Below are positions 9,152-19,396 of a stretch of 64,000 bases of DNA, in pieces (the first letter of the stretch is position 1; the number at the start of each line of letters is the position of its first letter). The DNA is from Candidatus Bathyarchaeum sp. (GTDB lineage: Archaea > Thermoproteota > Bathyarchaeia > Bathyarchaeales > Bathyarchaeaceae), in assembly GCA_026014495.1 (NCBI GenBank), contig JAOZIF010000131.1:206-64205 (forward strand), given 5' to 3'. The position numbers and the translations under genes were made by a program. Under the pieces are notes generated by a model. It was not told the origin of the DNA. It saw only the letters and a program-made list of their open reading frames with translations, and did not search any database.

Positions 9152-11356
9152 TTGACGTATTTCGGAGACGACCAAGAAACTATCCGCGGTAAGCCATGGG
9201 ACTGGAAAAACTTCGAATCCACCAAGGATTACCCAGTTTCCAACAATCTTCTTGAATGGGTTATCGGACAAGAACGAGCACTAGACGAGTGCTACCTGTG
9301 CCTAAATGAATGGGTTCACAAACTCAAAAACCTCAAAGAAGAAAACTGGTACGAAGCATGGAAAGACCCAAACAAAGAAAAACCACAAATCACCAAATCC
9401 GCTCCACCTGGACCATATCTACTTTTGCTTGGAGACCCCGGAACAGGCAAATCTCTGATTGGACGAGCTCTTTCTGTTCACCTAACTGAACTTTACAAAA
9501 AAGAGGAAATTCATCTTCAAGACGCAATATGCTGGCAAAACGACGTAATCCCCAGCGAACCAAAAATATCCTGCCACGAAGCAGGTGCTGGAAAAAAAAT
9601 CCTGCTAAAACAGAAACTCAAAGAAGAAAAGAAACTGTTTCTTCAAAGACTCGGAGTCAAAGCCATAATCTACATTATGATAATTGTTGCCTCAATTTTC
9701 ATGTTTGCAGGCTTTTACTATCTGTGGCAAGAGAAAGTTGCTTGGGACGTAAATGCTCTGAATGTGCTTGGAGAAACTCTTCAGGACAGCTATAGCGGCA
9801 ACTTTTCGGGATACATGCTTGACCAGTTTGTTTCAATAGGAACCATAACGTTTCTGCCAGCTGGAATGATGCTCATGTTCCTTATCCTAGTGACTGTACT
9901 AGGACGATTTGGAGTGCTTGGAGCCGCAAAAGGTGTAGGCGGAGCAAAAGCATCTAAAGTTCCAAAACTTGTAGTGGACAACTCTAAAAAAGTTGCCCCA
10001 TTCATTGACGCCACAGGACACGGTTCCGCGCAACTGTTCGGAAGCATTGCATGGGACCCATTACAGACTGGTGGACTTGGTACACCTGAGCATCAAAGAG
10101 TATCTGCAGGGGATGTTCACCGTGCACACCTTGGAGTGCTCTATATTGACGAAATCAAGAACATGGCACCAGACGAAGCGATTACCCTGTTGACTGTTCT
10201 GGAAGATGGGCAATTGCCTATCACTATGCGAAGCCGTCTAAGCGGAGCAGGAGGAACAGCAGCCATGGCAGTGTCTACTGAGCCTGTGCCTTGTATGTGC
10301 TTCTTGGTTGGCGCTGGAAACTTTGACAGCATCGGACAGGTTCACCCCGCGCTTATGGACAGAATATACGGTTACGGCAAAGTAGTCCGAATGAACAACG
10401 ACATGCAAAACACTGTTGAAAACCGCCGCAAATATGTCCAGTTTATTGCTCAAGAAGTTTCAAGATTCAGGTTGCTGCACTTCAGCAGAGAAGCATGCGA
10501 AGAAATAGTTGATGAAGGACGAAGAAGAAGCAACAAAAACAATTCGTTATCAACAAAATTCCGTCCCATGATTTCGCTGGTCAAAACAGCCGCCACCTTG
10601 GCAATGAACGAGGGCTTAGAGCTTGTTGAACGAAGACACGTAAAAGACGCAATTGAAAAACATTGCAAAACAATCCAAAAACAAATACTTGAACACCAAA
10701 TGAGCGAAAGAGGAGAACTTCTGGAAATCAGCCCAGAAGGCGCCAAGCTAGGACAAATTTACGGGGTCGCAGTAGTAAAGGATGCATATAGTGGAGAGAT
10801 GACAGGTAATGTTCTTGCAGTCAAGGGCTTTTTGGAAAAACGAGGTAAACGATCAGATAACTCGTTACATGGCTACTATAAGGTCACTGGCGTAGCAAAA
10901 GAGGGCCAAGAACAGTTCATCGCGGATAGCGTAGCGAAAGTAAGAAGCGTTATACTGCAAAAATATGGCGTTGACATTGCACAAGACTTCTTTACTCACA
11001 TAGACTTTGCTCAAGCCTACAGAGTTGATGGACCAAGCGCAGGCGTCACCATGACCATCTTGCTATGTTCCCTGATAGAGGGAAAACCCGTCAGACAAGA
11101 TGTTGCAGTAACAGGAGAAATCAATGTCAGCGTAAACGATGTGATTCCAGTTACAGCAGTTGGCGGATTACATGAAAAAATTAAAGCCGCAGAAATGTGG
11201 GGCTTTAAAAAAGTAATTGTTCCAGCCAAAAACTACAAGCACTCAATTGACCCCAGAGACTATACTATCGAAGTAGTTCCTGGAGAAACTCTGGAAGACT
11301 ACCTAAAAGAATCCCTAGTTGACACAGAAAAAATCGTAAACAAAAAATCACGCTGA
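9152..11356 (+). CDS. lonB: Archaeal membrane-bound Lon protease (LonB type)
   Basis: Walker A GDPGTGKS, two TM helices inserted in the AAA+ module, Walker B LYIDEI, protease Ser motif DGPSAGV; TTG start. Confidence 0.9.
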   Translation: MTYFGDDQETIRGKPWDWKNFESTKDYPVSNNLLEWVIGQERALDECYLCLNEWVHKLKNLKEENWYEAWKDPNKEKPQITKSAPPGPYLLLLGDPGTGKSLIGRALSVHLTELYKKEEIHLQDAICWQNDVIPSEPKISCHEAGAGKKILLKQKLKEEKKLFLQRLGVKAIIYIMIIVASIFMFAGFYYLWQEKVAWDVNALNVLGETLQDSYSGNFSGYMLDQFVSIGTITFLPAGMMLMFLILVTVLGRFGVLGAAKGVGGAKASKVPKLVVDNSKKVAPFIDATGHGSAQLFGSIAWDPLQTGGLGTPEHQRVSAGDVHRAHLGVLYIDEIKNMAPDEAITLLTVLEDGQLPITMRSRLSGAGGTAAMAVSTEPVPCMCFLVGAGNFDSIGQVHPALMDRIYGYGKVVRMNNDMQNTVENRRKYVQFIAQEVSRFRLLHFSREACEEIVDEGRRRSNKNNSLSTKFRPMISLVKTAATLAMNEGLELVERRHVKDAIEKHCKTIQKQILEHQMSERGELLEISPEGAKLGQIYGVAVVKDAYSGEMTGNVLAVKGFLEKRGKRSDNSLHGYYKVTGVAKEGQEQFIADSVAKVRSVILQKYGVDIAQDFFTHIDFAQAYRVDGPSAGVTMTILLCSLIEGKPVRQDVAVTGEINVSVNDVIPVTAVGGLHEKIKAAEMWGFKKVIVPAKNYKHSIDPRDYTIEVVPGETLEDYLKESLVDTEKIVNKKSR

Positions 11357-11371
11357 TGCCGAAACATAATT

Positions 11372-11797
11372 TCACTTTGTTAGAGTCTTTACAATCTTTT
11401 GTATCGGCTCTACAAAATCGTTGTCAGTGAATTCTTTTGCTTTTGCGGAAACACACAAAATAGTGCTGTAGCCCCTCTTTTTCATTTCACCCTTTAATTT
11501 GCCAAAAACTCTGCCTTTCCATAGGCGGTATGTGCAAAACAGAATTGCCTGTTTTCCTTCGCCGTTGGGTAGACGTTTTATGAAAGCAACCGATTCTTTT
11601 GACGGATTAAAACCATGAACTGGTGTTCCCAAAATTATCATGTCAAAGTCTTTAACAGCTGTTGGTTCTGTGGTGGTTATGTCAAAAACTGCTGGGATCT
11701 TTAATTCGTTAGATATGTTTTCTGCAAATTTTCGTGTATTACCTGTTAGGGAAACGTATAGAATACAAGAATTCATGACCATTATTTGGTCAACCAA
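11372..11797 (-). CDS. Flavodoxin-like protein
   Basis: 141 aa; ILYVSLTGNTRKFAE FMN-phosphate loop, ILGTPVHG. Confidence 0.75.
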   Translation of the reverse strand: MVDQIMVMNSCILYVSLTGNTRKFAENISNELKIPAVFDITTTEPTAVKDFDMIILGTPVHGFNPSKESVAFIKRLPNGEGKQAILFCTYRLWKGRVFGKLKGEMKKRGYSTILCVSAKAKEFTDNDFVEPIQKIVKTLTK

Positions 11798-11930
11798 AAA
11801 TATAACATGTTCTATTCTGAAGACTTGAGATTGAACTTGTTTTTATCCACAAATTTTTTGAATGCTGACTTGTGGACATACCTTATGTACATGTAATCCG
11901 ATAACTTGAGCAAGTTAGGGGAAACAAAGA

Positions 11931-12554
11931 ATGAATAACAACATATTCTCTAAATTTTTAGTATTACTTCTCAGTGCACTAATTATCTCAGCAGCTACTG
12001 TATCCTCCAATTCATTCACCGTAATCGCACAATCAGCCACTCTTGAAGATGTCATTGCAGAAATAAACACGCTCAACGACAAACTAGATGACATAGAAGC
12101 AAACATGACCGCCCTGAATTCAGTATTCAACTCATTACAAAACACAATCAGCAACATACAAACCACTTTGACCTCTTTTAGTGCAACTGCAGCAACCGCC
12201 ACAGACGTAGCCCTTCTTTCTTCAGCTTTGGACAACCTAAACACAATAACCACTGACCTACAATCCATCTTAGCTTCGTTTAACGCTACCACAAGCCAAT
12301 CTGATTTAACCTACATCCACTCAACTGTGGACGAACTGAACACAAACCTTAACGAACTTCAAAACAGCTTGAATTCCCTTATCGATTCTTCCATAACCCA
12401 TGAAGAGCTAGACGCCAAAACAAGCGACATGAATGATGACATCAGCCTGCTTGTAATTCTGGTGATTGTAGCCATCGGTTTGGCTCTGATAGCAGCAATA
12501 GCTGCAATAGGCATCTTTTATAATGTGAAAAAACTGGCAAAGACTTCAAACTAA
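11931..12554 (+). CDS. Surface-anchored coiled-coil/low-complexity protein (signal peptide + C-terminal TM)
   Basis: 207 aa; signal peptide, N/S/T/L-rich heptad-like repeats, C-terminal TM LLVILVIVAIGLALIAAIAAIGIF. Confidence 0.6.
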   Translation: MNNNIFSKFLVLLLSALIISAATVSSNSFTVIAQSATLEDVIAEINTLNDKLDDIEANMTALNSVFNSLQNTISNIQTTLTSFSATAATATDVALLSSALDNLNTITTDLQSILASFNATTSQSDLTYIHSTVDELNTNLNELQNSLNSLIDSSITHEELDAKTSDMNDDISLLVILVIVAIGLALIAAIAAIGIFYNVKKLAKTSN

Positions 12555-12665
12555 TCTTTGGGAAACCGCCCTTTCCTTTAATGTTCAAGAATTTGCAGCA
12601 ACATTTTTTCATTAAATTTACGACCTAACATTTAGTTCTAAACAGGTAGCTTTGAAGCAGTCCTT

Positions 12666-12680
12666 GAGAGCTTATATAGA
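12666..12680 (+). promoter_or_regulatory. BRE/TATA-like promoter (GAGAGCTTATATAGA)
   Basis: Recurrent AGCTTATATA box about 37 nt upstream of GTG start at 12717. Confidence 0.45.
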
Positions 12681-12716
12681 ACCGTTACAGTTCGAAATAC
12701 AAAGAGATGAGTTTAC

Positions 12717-13820
12717 GTGTCCAAGAAATATAACATCGTAGTTTTACTCGGAGACGGCATAAGCAAAGAAGTGGTTCCCGAAGCCGTCAAAGCACTAAAA
12801 GCCACAACAGATGTTGTAACGGGTCTTGATTTAAAATTCACAGAATTTGAGTGCGGATTTGAATACTACCAAAAAACAGGGGAACCTTGGCCAGCCGAGG
12901 CATATCCTGCGTGCAAAGAATCTGATGCCATACTATTCGGCGCTGTGGGGATGCCTGGAGTAGCAGGCCTAGAACATATTGTATACATTCACAGAATACT
13001 TCGCCAAAAACTTGACCTCTACGCCAATGTACGACCAGTCAAAATAAGACCCAACATAGAGTGCCCTTTGGCTGGAAAGAAAGCTGGAGACATCGATTTA
13101 GTTGTGGTGCGGGAAGGAACAGAAGACCTTTACACTCCGATCCGTGGAGTCCTAGAACGTGCAGAAAAGAACGAAGTAGCAATAGACGTTAAAATCGTCA
13201 CCCGAAGAGGCTCAGAGAGAATCGTAAAATACGCTTTTGACCTGTGCAAAACAAGAAACAAAGGCGCACCCCTAGACGGAAAGAAACGGGTAACATGTGT
13301 CGACAAAAGCACAGTTCTCAAAAGCTGTGCCTTATTCCGAGAAGTCTTTGATGAGGTGGCTGAAGGATACCCCGAAATCGAAAAAGATTACGCATTGATA
13401 GATGCTTGGGCTCAGTGGGCAATTAGGCGCCCCGAATACTATGATGTTGTTGTCACAACCAACATGTTTGGCGACATAATCTCCGACCTCACATCGCCGT
13501 TTCAGGGCGGCTTAGGCGTAGCACCAAGCGCCGAAGTTGGCGACAGATATGGAATGTTCAGACCCATTCATGGAAGCGCACCAAAATATTATGGCAAAAA
13601 TGTGGCAAATCCTATTGCAACAATTTTGTCCGCTAAAATGCTTATGGACTGGCTTGCCCAAATGCACAATGACCCCGCTGCTAAAGAGGCTGCAGATAGA
13701 ATCGATAGAGCAGTAGATTTAGTTCTTGAAGAAGGCAAAGTGATTCCACGCGACCTTGGAGGCGAAGCTAAAACCACCGAAGTCGGCGAAGAGATAGCCA
13801 AAAAGATACGACGCCAATAA
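12717..13820 (+). CDS. Isopropylmalate/isocitrate/homoisocitrate(tartrate) dehydrogenase family enzyme
   Basis: 367 aa; LLGDGISKEV, NMFGDIISDL, HGSAP...VANPIATILS signatures of beta-decarboxylating dehydrogenases; substrate not assignable by eye. Confidence 0.85.
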   Translation: MSKKYNIVVLLGDGISKEVVPEAVKALKATTDVVTGLDLKFTEFECGFEYYQKTGEPWPAEAYPACKESDAILFGAVGMPGVAGLEHIVYIHRILRQKLDLYANVRPVKIRPNIECPLAGKKAGDIDLVVVREGTEDLYTPIRGVLERAEKNEVAIDVKIVTRRGSERIVKYAFDLCKTRNKGAPLDGKKRVTCVDKSTVLKSCALFREVFDEVAEGYPEIEKDYALIDAWAQWAIRRPEYYDVVVTTNMFGDIISDLTSPFQGGLGVAPSAEVGDRYGMFRPIHGSAPKYYGKNVANPIATILSAKMLMDWLAQMHNDPAAKEAADRIDRAVDLVLEEGKVIPRDLGGEAKTTEVGEEIAKKIRRQ

Positions 13821-13990
13821 ATGGGCTTCCTTTTTTCTCTTTTTTGTTTTTTGTTCCTGTTTTGTTGTGTTCTGTTCTGCAAAAGATAGTTTTTATTAAT
13901 TGTTGAACCCTTTACTAATGTTGGCGGCGTGAATCATGCTGCTGTTTGTCCAGAAATCTTGTTTATGCATAAACGCCCTTCAAATAACGT

Positions 13991-16504
13991 GTGCAAAAGG
14001 ATAAGCATAACATGAACCAAAAAGCCCTTACCTGTTTCGTTTTAACTGCTGTTCTTCTAGTTTTCTTTTCTTCCGTTTTGTTGGCGATTTATTCCGTTGG
14101 TGCTTCTGAAGCCTTTGCAGAATCCTCAGAGTCAACTGACTGGTCTATGTTTCATCAGAATCTAGCACACACAGGCACCTTAGGGTCAACAGCGCCTGAC
14201 ACAAATCAAACCTTATGGAAGTTTAACACTGGCGGTCAGGTGGGTTCTCCTGTTGTAGTTGACGGCGTGGTTTATGTTGGTGCGTATGATAGAAAAATCT
14301 ACGCTTTAGATGCAGTTAATGGAGAGCAAATGTGGAGCTATGTAAGCGGCGGAGTAGTCGTTTCTTGCCCTGCTGTGGTTGATGGCATGGTTTATGTTGG
14401 CTCAGAAGACTACAACGTTTACTGCTTGGATGCGTCCAGCGGCGCTAAAATATGGAACTATACAACAGACTACTTTGTAGACAGCGACCCTGCCTACGCA
14501 AATGGCATCGTTTATGTGGGCTCAGTTGACAGCAAACTTTACGCTTTGAATGCTTCAACAGGAACTCAGGTTTGGAGTTACACAACAGGGGGTAAGATAC
14601 TGATGTCTTCTCCATCCGTAACTGGAGACCTAGTTTATGTTGGCTCACTAGACAACAACGTTTACGCTTTAGATGCCCTAAATGGCAGTGTGGTGTGGAA
14701 CTACGAAACTAGAGATGACGTTGTTTCTTCTCCCGCTGTTGTAAACGGCATGGTCCTTGTAGGCTCATTAGACAGCAATATTTACTGCTTGGATGCAGCT
14801 AATGGCACATTTATCTGGAATTTTACAACTGGTGGACAACTTTTTTCTTCTCCTGCTGTTGCTGATGACAAAGTTTTTGTGGGTTCAGAAGACGGCAAAG
14901 TTTACGCTTTAGACACCTTAACAGGAGATTACCTATGGAGTTACCGCACAGGAGGCGGTGTATCTTCTTCTCCTGTTGTGGATAACGGCTTGGTTTATGT
15001 TGGCTCACAGGACAACATGGTTTACTGTTTAAACGCATCTACTGGCAACTTGATATGGAACTACGCTACAGAAGACCTTGTGATTTCTCGTCCTGCAGTT
15101 GCTGAGGGCATACTTTATGTTGGCGGATGGGACGGCAAACTTTACGCCTTAGATGCCTCTGACGGCGAGATTGTGTGGAAATTCAGAACTGGAGGAAAAG
15201 TAGATTCCTCTGTTGCTGTGGTTGACGGCATCGTTTATGTTGGGTCACATGACAACAAAGTTTACGCATTAAACGCTACCACCGGCATGGTAGGCTACGA
15301 CTTGGAACTACACAACACTGTCCTGTGGAGTTTCACTGCCCAAGACCTGATTCTACTATCGTCTCCTGCTGTAGCTAATGGACTGGTTTATGTTGGCTCA
15401 TATGACCACAACGTGTATGCATTAAATGCTTCAACCGGAAGTCAGGTTTGGAGCTACAAAACTGGTCTTTATGTTGTTTCTTCTCCTGCGGTAGCTGACG
15501 GTTTGGTTTATGTTGGCTCACAAGACAAAAATGTTTACTGTTTGGATGCTTTAACTGGAGACCTAGTGTGGAACTACACAACAGATGACAAGATTATAAC
15601 ATCTTCTCCTGCTGTTGCTAACGGGATACTCTACATTGGTTCATTAGACGGCAAACTTTACGCTTTAGATGCCTTAACAGGAGATTACCTGTGGAGTCAC
15701 AAAACAGATGACCTGATTTTGTCTTCACCTACAGCAACTAACGATTTAGTTTATGTTGGTTCACAGGATGCAATTGTCTATTGTTTGGATGCAACTAATG
15801 GCACACTGGTGTGGAATTTTACAACCGATGGTCCAGTATATTCTTCTCCCGCACTGGCTGACGGAATGCTTTACCTTGGCTCAAGAGACAATAACATCTA
15901 CTGTTTGGATGCTTCAACTGGGACTTTAATATGGAATTACACAACAGGTGGGTATGTGGATTCTTCTCCTGCTGTGGTTGGTGGCACTGTTTTTGTGGGC
16001 TCAGAAGACAAGAAGCTTTACGCATTAGATGCTGCAACAGGAGATTACATTTGGAGCTACACAACAGAGGATATGGTAGTTTCTTCTCCCGCAATTGCAG
16101 ATGGCGTCGTTTATTTTGGTTCATATGACCATCTAGTCTATGCGATAGGAGAATATTCGTCAAGCCCTCACACCTATACAGTGTCTTTTGTTGCGTCAGG
16201 CTTGCCCAAAGAAACAAACTGGGCAGTAACAATAAATGGTCAAACAAAGAACTCCAGTTCCAATACAATAAGTTTTGAACTATGCATTGGAAATTACGTC
16301 TTTTCTGTTGTTGCACCCGATGGTTACGCAGTTACTACTCCGTCTGGGACAATGACCGTTACCTTGTCAAATGTTAGCTCACAACTGTTTTTCACTTCAA
16401 CTTTTCATGATTCTTCGTGGCTTTTTGGTGCTATGCTGCTTGTTGTGGTATCGCTACTTTTTGTTGCATTAGTTGCATACATGCTTTACAAAAGAAAACA
16501 ATAA
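13991..16504 (+). CDS. PQQ-like beta-propeller repeat surface protein (16 blades) with C-terminal Ig-like region and TM anchor
   Basis: Signal/anchor at N-terminus; 16 repeats of VYVGSxDxxVYALDAxTGxxxWxY...SSPAV at 120-nt period; C-terminal TM LFGAMLLVVVSLLFVALVAYMLY; ATG 14012 alternative start. Confidence 0.85.
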   Translation: MQKDKHNMNQKALTCFVLTAVLLVFFSSVLLAIYSVGASEAFAESSESTDWSMFHQNLAHTGTLGSTAPDTNQTLWKFNTGGQVGSPVVVDGVVYVGAYDRKIYALDAVNGEQMWSYVSGGVVVSCPAVVDGMVYVGSEDYNVYCLDASSGAKIWNYTTDYFVDSDPAYANGIVYVGSVDSKLYALNASTGTQVWSYTTGGKILMSSPSVTGDLVYVGSLDNNVYALDALNGSVVWNYETRDDVVSSPAVVNGMVLVGSLDSNIYCLDAANGTFIWNFTTGGQLFSSPAVADDKVFVGSEDGKVYALDTLTGDYLWSYRTGGGVSSSPVVDNGLVYVGSQDNMVYCLNASTGNLIWNYATEDLVISRPAVAEGILYVGGWDGKLYALDASDGEIVWKFRTGGKVDSSVAVVDGIVYVGSHDNKVYALNATTGMVGYDLELHNTVLWSFTAQDLILLSSPAVANGLVYVGSYDHNVYALNASTGSQVWSYKTGLYVVSSPAVADGLVYVGSQDKNVYCLDALTGDLVWNYTTDDKIITSSPAVANGILYIGSLDGKLYALDALTGDYLWSHKTDDLILSSPTATNDLVYVGSQDAIVYCLDATNGTLVWNFTTDGPVYSSPALADGMLYLGSRDNNIYCLDASTGTLIWNYTTGGYVDSSPAVVGGTVFVGSEDKKLYALDAATGDYIWSYTTEDMVVSSPAIADGVVYFGSYDHLVYAIGEYSSSPHTYTVSFVASGLPKETNWAVTINGQTKNSSSNTISFELCIGNYVFSVVAPDGYAVTTPSGTMTVTLSNVSSQLFFTSTFHDSSWLFGAMLLVVVSLLFVALVAYMLYKRKQ

Positions 16505-16802
16505 CCAACTGCTAGTTTAATTAATTCAAAAATGTGTGACCACCATGGATTGCTGTTAACCTTAATGTCTTCTTTTTACTCCATGATGCCCCTAAAGTTT
16601 CTCTCTGGAAAAGCTGTTTTCGATTACAGAAAAGACTTTTCGTTAATTGCCCTTGCCTCAACAGGGTCACTCTTTTTTAGTTGCACACTTAATTCTTCCA
16701 ATGGCGTCTTACTTGGTACTGGGGGGCAACATCAGATTGCCTAGCATTAATCGCCCTAAATAAACTTAGGCAATCACGCTAACTACAAGAATTCTTTTCG
16801 AA

Positions 16803-17156
16803 TTACTTCACGTAGAACATGTCGTTTGGTTCTCGTGGCTTTTTGATGGCTTCTTTTCGCATCTTTTTCTCTATCTTTTTTTCTTGGCTTCCCGTTATTC
16901 TTGCATCGTAGTCTACAAAGGCGCACACAAGGTCAGCAAGATTCTTGTTTATTTCTGTCAGTTCATCTAACGAAAACTGAGCCATAACGTCGGGGTTGTC
17001 AGCCCACTGCATCCACCCCGTCACGCTTCGTTGCAACGCAAGTATTGTGAATCTGATTGTCCGCACCATGTCTAGACGGTCGCTTCCTTCAGTTTTTGTT
17101 GAATTCTTTATTTCTTTCAAAATTTTCTGGCAATCGTTAACCCATCTTCCTTCCAT
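16803..17156 (-). CDS. Hypothetical cytoplasmic protein (archaeal DUF-type)
   Basis: 117-aa ORF, helical, K/E-rich tail; no motif recognised with confidence. Confidence 0.5.
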   Translation of the reverse strand: MEGRWVNDCQKILKEIKNSTKTEGSDRLDMVRTIRFTILALQRSVTGWMQWADNPDVMAQFSLDELTEINKNLADLVCAFVDYDARITGSQEKKIEKKMRKEAIKKPREPNDMFYVK

Positions 17157-17261
17157 GAGCTATGTCCCCAGCATGCCCTATGAATTTCAGGCATAAAAGT
17201 TTTCTTAATTTCAAATATTTTTCATAAAGGAATATAAGAATCGATAAAATCTCCTTTTGGT

Positions 17262-18167
17262 ATGAGCTTAACTGATAAGGAAACAAAAGAGCCGTCATTA
17301 GCTTTTGGCGGGCAAGCTGTGATGGAGGGCGTGATGATGCGCTCCAAAGACAATCTGGTAATCTGTGTGCGGCAGCCCAACAATGAGATAGCAACAAAGA
17401 GGGAAAAAATAAGTTCCCTGTCTAAAAAGTGCAGGCTCCTCATGCTTCCTTTCGTGAGAGGCATACTTGCTCTGTTTGAAACGCTTTATGTGGGAATCAA
17501 GGGCATCTACTTTTCTGCAAACGCCGCTTTTGGAGAAGACGAAAATGAAGAAGAACTTCTAAGCCCAATGCTAATTATCGGAATCATTGCCTTGTCCCTA
17601 TGTTTATCGGTACTCCTGTTTAGCATCACACCGTTTTTCTTAACAACCCTGCTTAATCTAGGCGGAGGACTTCTCTTCAATATTGCTGAAGGAATAGTTC
17701 GTTTAACATTCCTGTTGGCATACCTCGCTGCCGTATCTAGACTTGGAGACTTCAAACGCATACTACAATACCACGGCGCAGAACATGCGTCAATCAATGC
17801 GTACGAGGCTGGAGTTGAATTAAACGTCGAAAACGTCAAAAAATACTCCCGTTTTCATGCTAGGTGCGGAACATCTTTTCTTCTCATAGTTACGTTAGTC
17901 AGCATTCTGTTCTTCTCGCTTATGCCAAGCGGTGACTACTTCACGCGGTTATCCTACAGAGTTATTCTCATTCCAGTCATCAGCTCCGTTTCGTATGAGC
18001 TTTTGAGGCTAAGCGACAGATACAAAGACTCGTTGATTGTCAGAGCATTAGTTGCTCCAGGGTTGCTTCTTCAACGGTTTACAACCAGTCCTCCTGACGA
18101 TGACATGCTAGAAGTTGCCATAAAAGCTGTGAAAGAAGTTGAACTGCTACAGCGAGCATGTGAGTGA
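17262..18167 (+). CDS. DUF1385-family membrane protein
   Basis: AFGGQAVMEGVMMRS N-terminal motif, HGAEH motif and central TM helices as in DUF1385. Confidence 0.7.
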   Translation: MSLTDKETKEPSLAFGGQAVMEGVMMRSKDNLVICVRQPNNEIATKREKISSLSKKCRLLMLPFVRGILALFETLYVGIKGIYFSANAAFGEDENEEELLSPMLIIGIIALSLCLSVLLFSITPFFLTTLLNLGGGLLFNIAEGIVRLTFLLAYLAAVSRLGDFKRILQYHGAEHASINAYEAGVELNVENVKKYSRFHARCGTSFLLIVTLVSILFFSLMPSGDYFTRLSYRVILIPVISSVSYELLRLSDRYKDSLIVRALVAPGLLLQRFTTSPPDDDMLEVAIKAVKEVELLQRACE

Positions 18168-18228
18168 GTCTCGGTTTCGGGTTACTTATAATAGGTAGTT
18201 TGTCTCTTCTCAGAACTAGGCGATTAAC

Positions 18229-18930
18229 ATGGACCCCCTGAAACCTGATTTAAGGTCCTGGAAGCTCCTCTTTACTCTATACAAGTTAGCGGAGTTGGGT
18301 GCAACCAGCCGAACCGTTAAGGTTTCCACCGAATATTTGTCAGAAAAGATTGGGGCGTCCCAGCAGACAGCGTCTCGACACCTCATCAACTTGGAAAAGA
18401 TAGGATGGATAAAACGAACCATAACTCCAGATGGCTGCTTACTAAAAATCACCAGCCAAGGAGTTGCCGAGTTAAAAAAACTGTATTCTGAGTTGCGTTT
18501 GATTTTTGAGTCAGAGTATCCACCATCCATAACTTTGGAAGGCGTTTTGTTTAGCGGATTAGGAGAGGGCGCCTACTACGTGACTAAAGAGGGGTATCGC
18601 AAACAGTTTATGGAAAAGCTTGGTTTTGACCCGTATCCTGGCACCCTTAACATCAAGCTGACAACCGACTATGATGTGCACGCCCTGTCGGAGCTTGAAG
18701 CATATCCTGCTGTAGAGCTTGAAGGTTTCAATGACGAGTCCAGAACTTTTGGTCCAGTAAAATGTTATCCTGCAGTAATAAACAACAAGGCAAAGGGCGC
18801 TGTCATTTATGCCATGAGAAGCCATTATGGAGCTTCTGTGCTGGAGATTGTTTCTCCAACGTTTCTTCGAAGCAACCTAAAACTAAAAGACGGAAACAAA
18901 GTGAAAGTTGAGATTCTAATTCTGCCCTAA
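18229..18930 (+). CDS. ribK: wHTH regulator fused to CTP-dependent riboflavin kinase (RbkR-type RibK)
   Basis: N-terminal wHTH (ISEKIGASQQTASRHLINLEKIGWI), C-terminal archaeal RibK motifs PYPGTLNIKL, TFGPVKCYPA, LEIVSP..LR..L.LKDGNKV. Confidence 0.8.
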   Translation: MDPLKPDLRSWKLLFTLYKLAELGATSRTVKVSTEYLSEKIGASQQTASRHLINLEKIGWIKRTITPDGCLLKITSQGVAELKKLYSELRLIFESEYPPSITLEGVLFSGLGEGAYYVTKEGYRKQFMEKLGFDPYPGTLNIKLTTDYDVHALSELEAYPAVELEGFNDESRTFGPVKCYPAVINNKAKGAVIYAMRSHYGASVLEIVSPTFLRSNLKLKDGNKVKVEILILP

Positions 18931-18940
18931 AGCCTGTCAA

Positions 18941-19396
18941 TTACTTGTTGAATGACTCTATAATCTTTCTCACAATCTTTGAGGAACTATCCAATTCTCT
19001 TTTTCCAAATCTTCCAATCTTAGCAACTTCAATTGTAACTTTCTTTTCTTCTATCGCTTTTTGCACTTCATTTTCTATTCCGTCTTGGTCATGGCCCACA
19101 GCTATTATGTCTGGTTTTATTCTTTCAATTACTTTGTCTATGCTGAAATCTTCCCATCCAAGAATGGCTTCGTCGACAACTTTCAGCGACTCGACAAGTG
19201 CGCGTCGTTGGTCCTCTGGCATGATTGGATTTTTTCCTTTTCTGGCTTTTACCGTGTTGTCTCGGGCAACTATAACTATTAGCTCTGCGTTTTTGCCGCC
19301 TGCCTTTTTTGCCTCCTCCAAAAACTTCACGTGACCTAGGTGAAGCAAATCAAATGTGCCCGAAGCTAAGACAGTTTTTTTGTTTTTTGTTACCAT
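18941..19396 (-). CDS. ribL: Archaeal FAD synthetase (nucleotidyltransferase, RibL type)
   Basis: GTFDLLHLGHVKFLEEAKK, LIVIVARDNTV, IMPEDQRRALVESLKVVDEAILG closely follow the RibL pattern. Confidence 0.8.
   Translation of the reverse strand: MVTKNKKTVLASGTFDLLHLGHVKFLEEAKKAGGKNAELIVIVARDNTVKARKGKNPIMPEDQRRALVESLKVVDEAILGWEDFSIDKVIERIKPDIIAVGHDQDGIENEVQKAIEEKKVTIEVAKIGRFGKRELDSSSKIVRKIIESFNK

Noticed and set aside
14270-16110. Regularly spaced 120-nt repeats that superficially resemble a repeat array
   Set aside because: They lie in one long open reading frame and encode PQQ-like propeller blades. There are no unique spacers and no leader, so this is not a CRISPR array.
15819-16316. 165-aa ORF antisense to the PQQ-repeat gene (and similar ones at 14445, 14823, 15375)
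   Set aside because: These are repeat-driven shadow ORFs with Q/K/L-rich nonsense composition.
16532-16744. 70-aa ORF in the 300-nt gap after the PQQ-repeat gene
   Set aside because: It has no SD or promoter box and no recognisable fold features, so the region is left unannotated.
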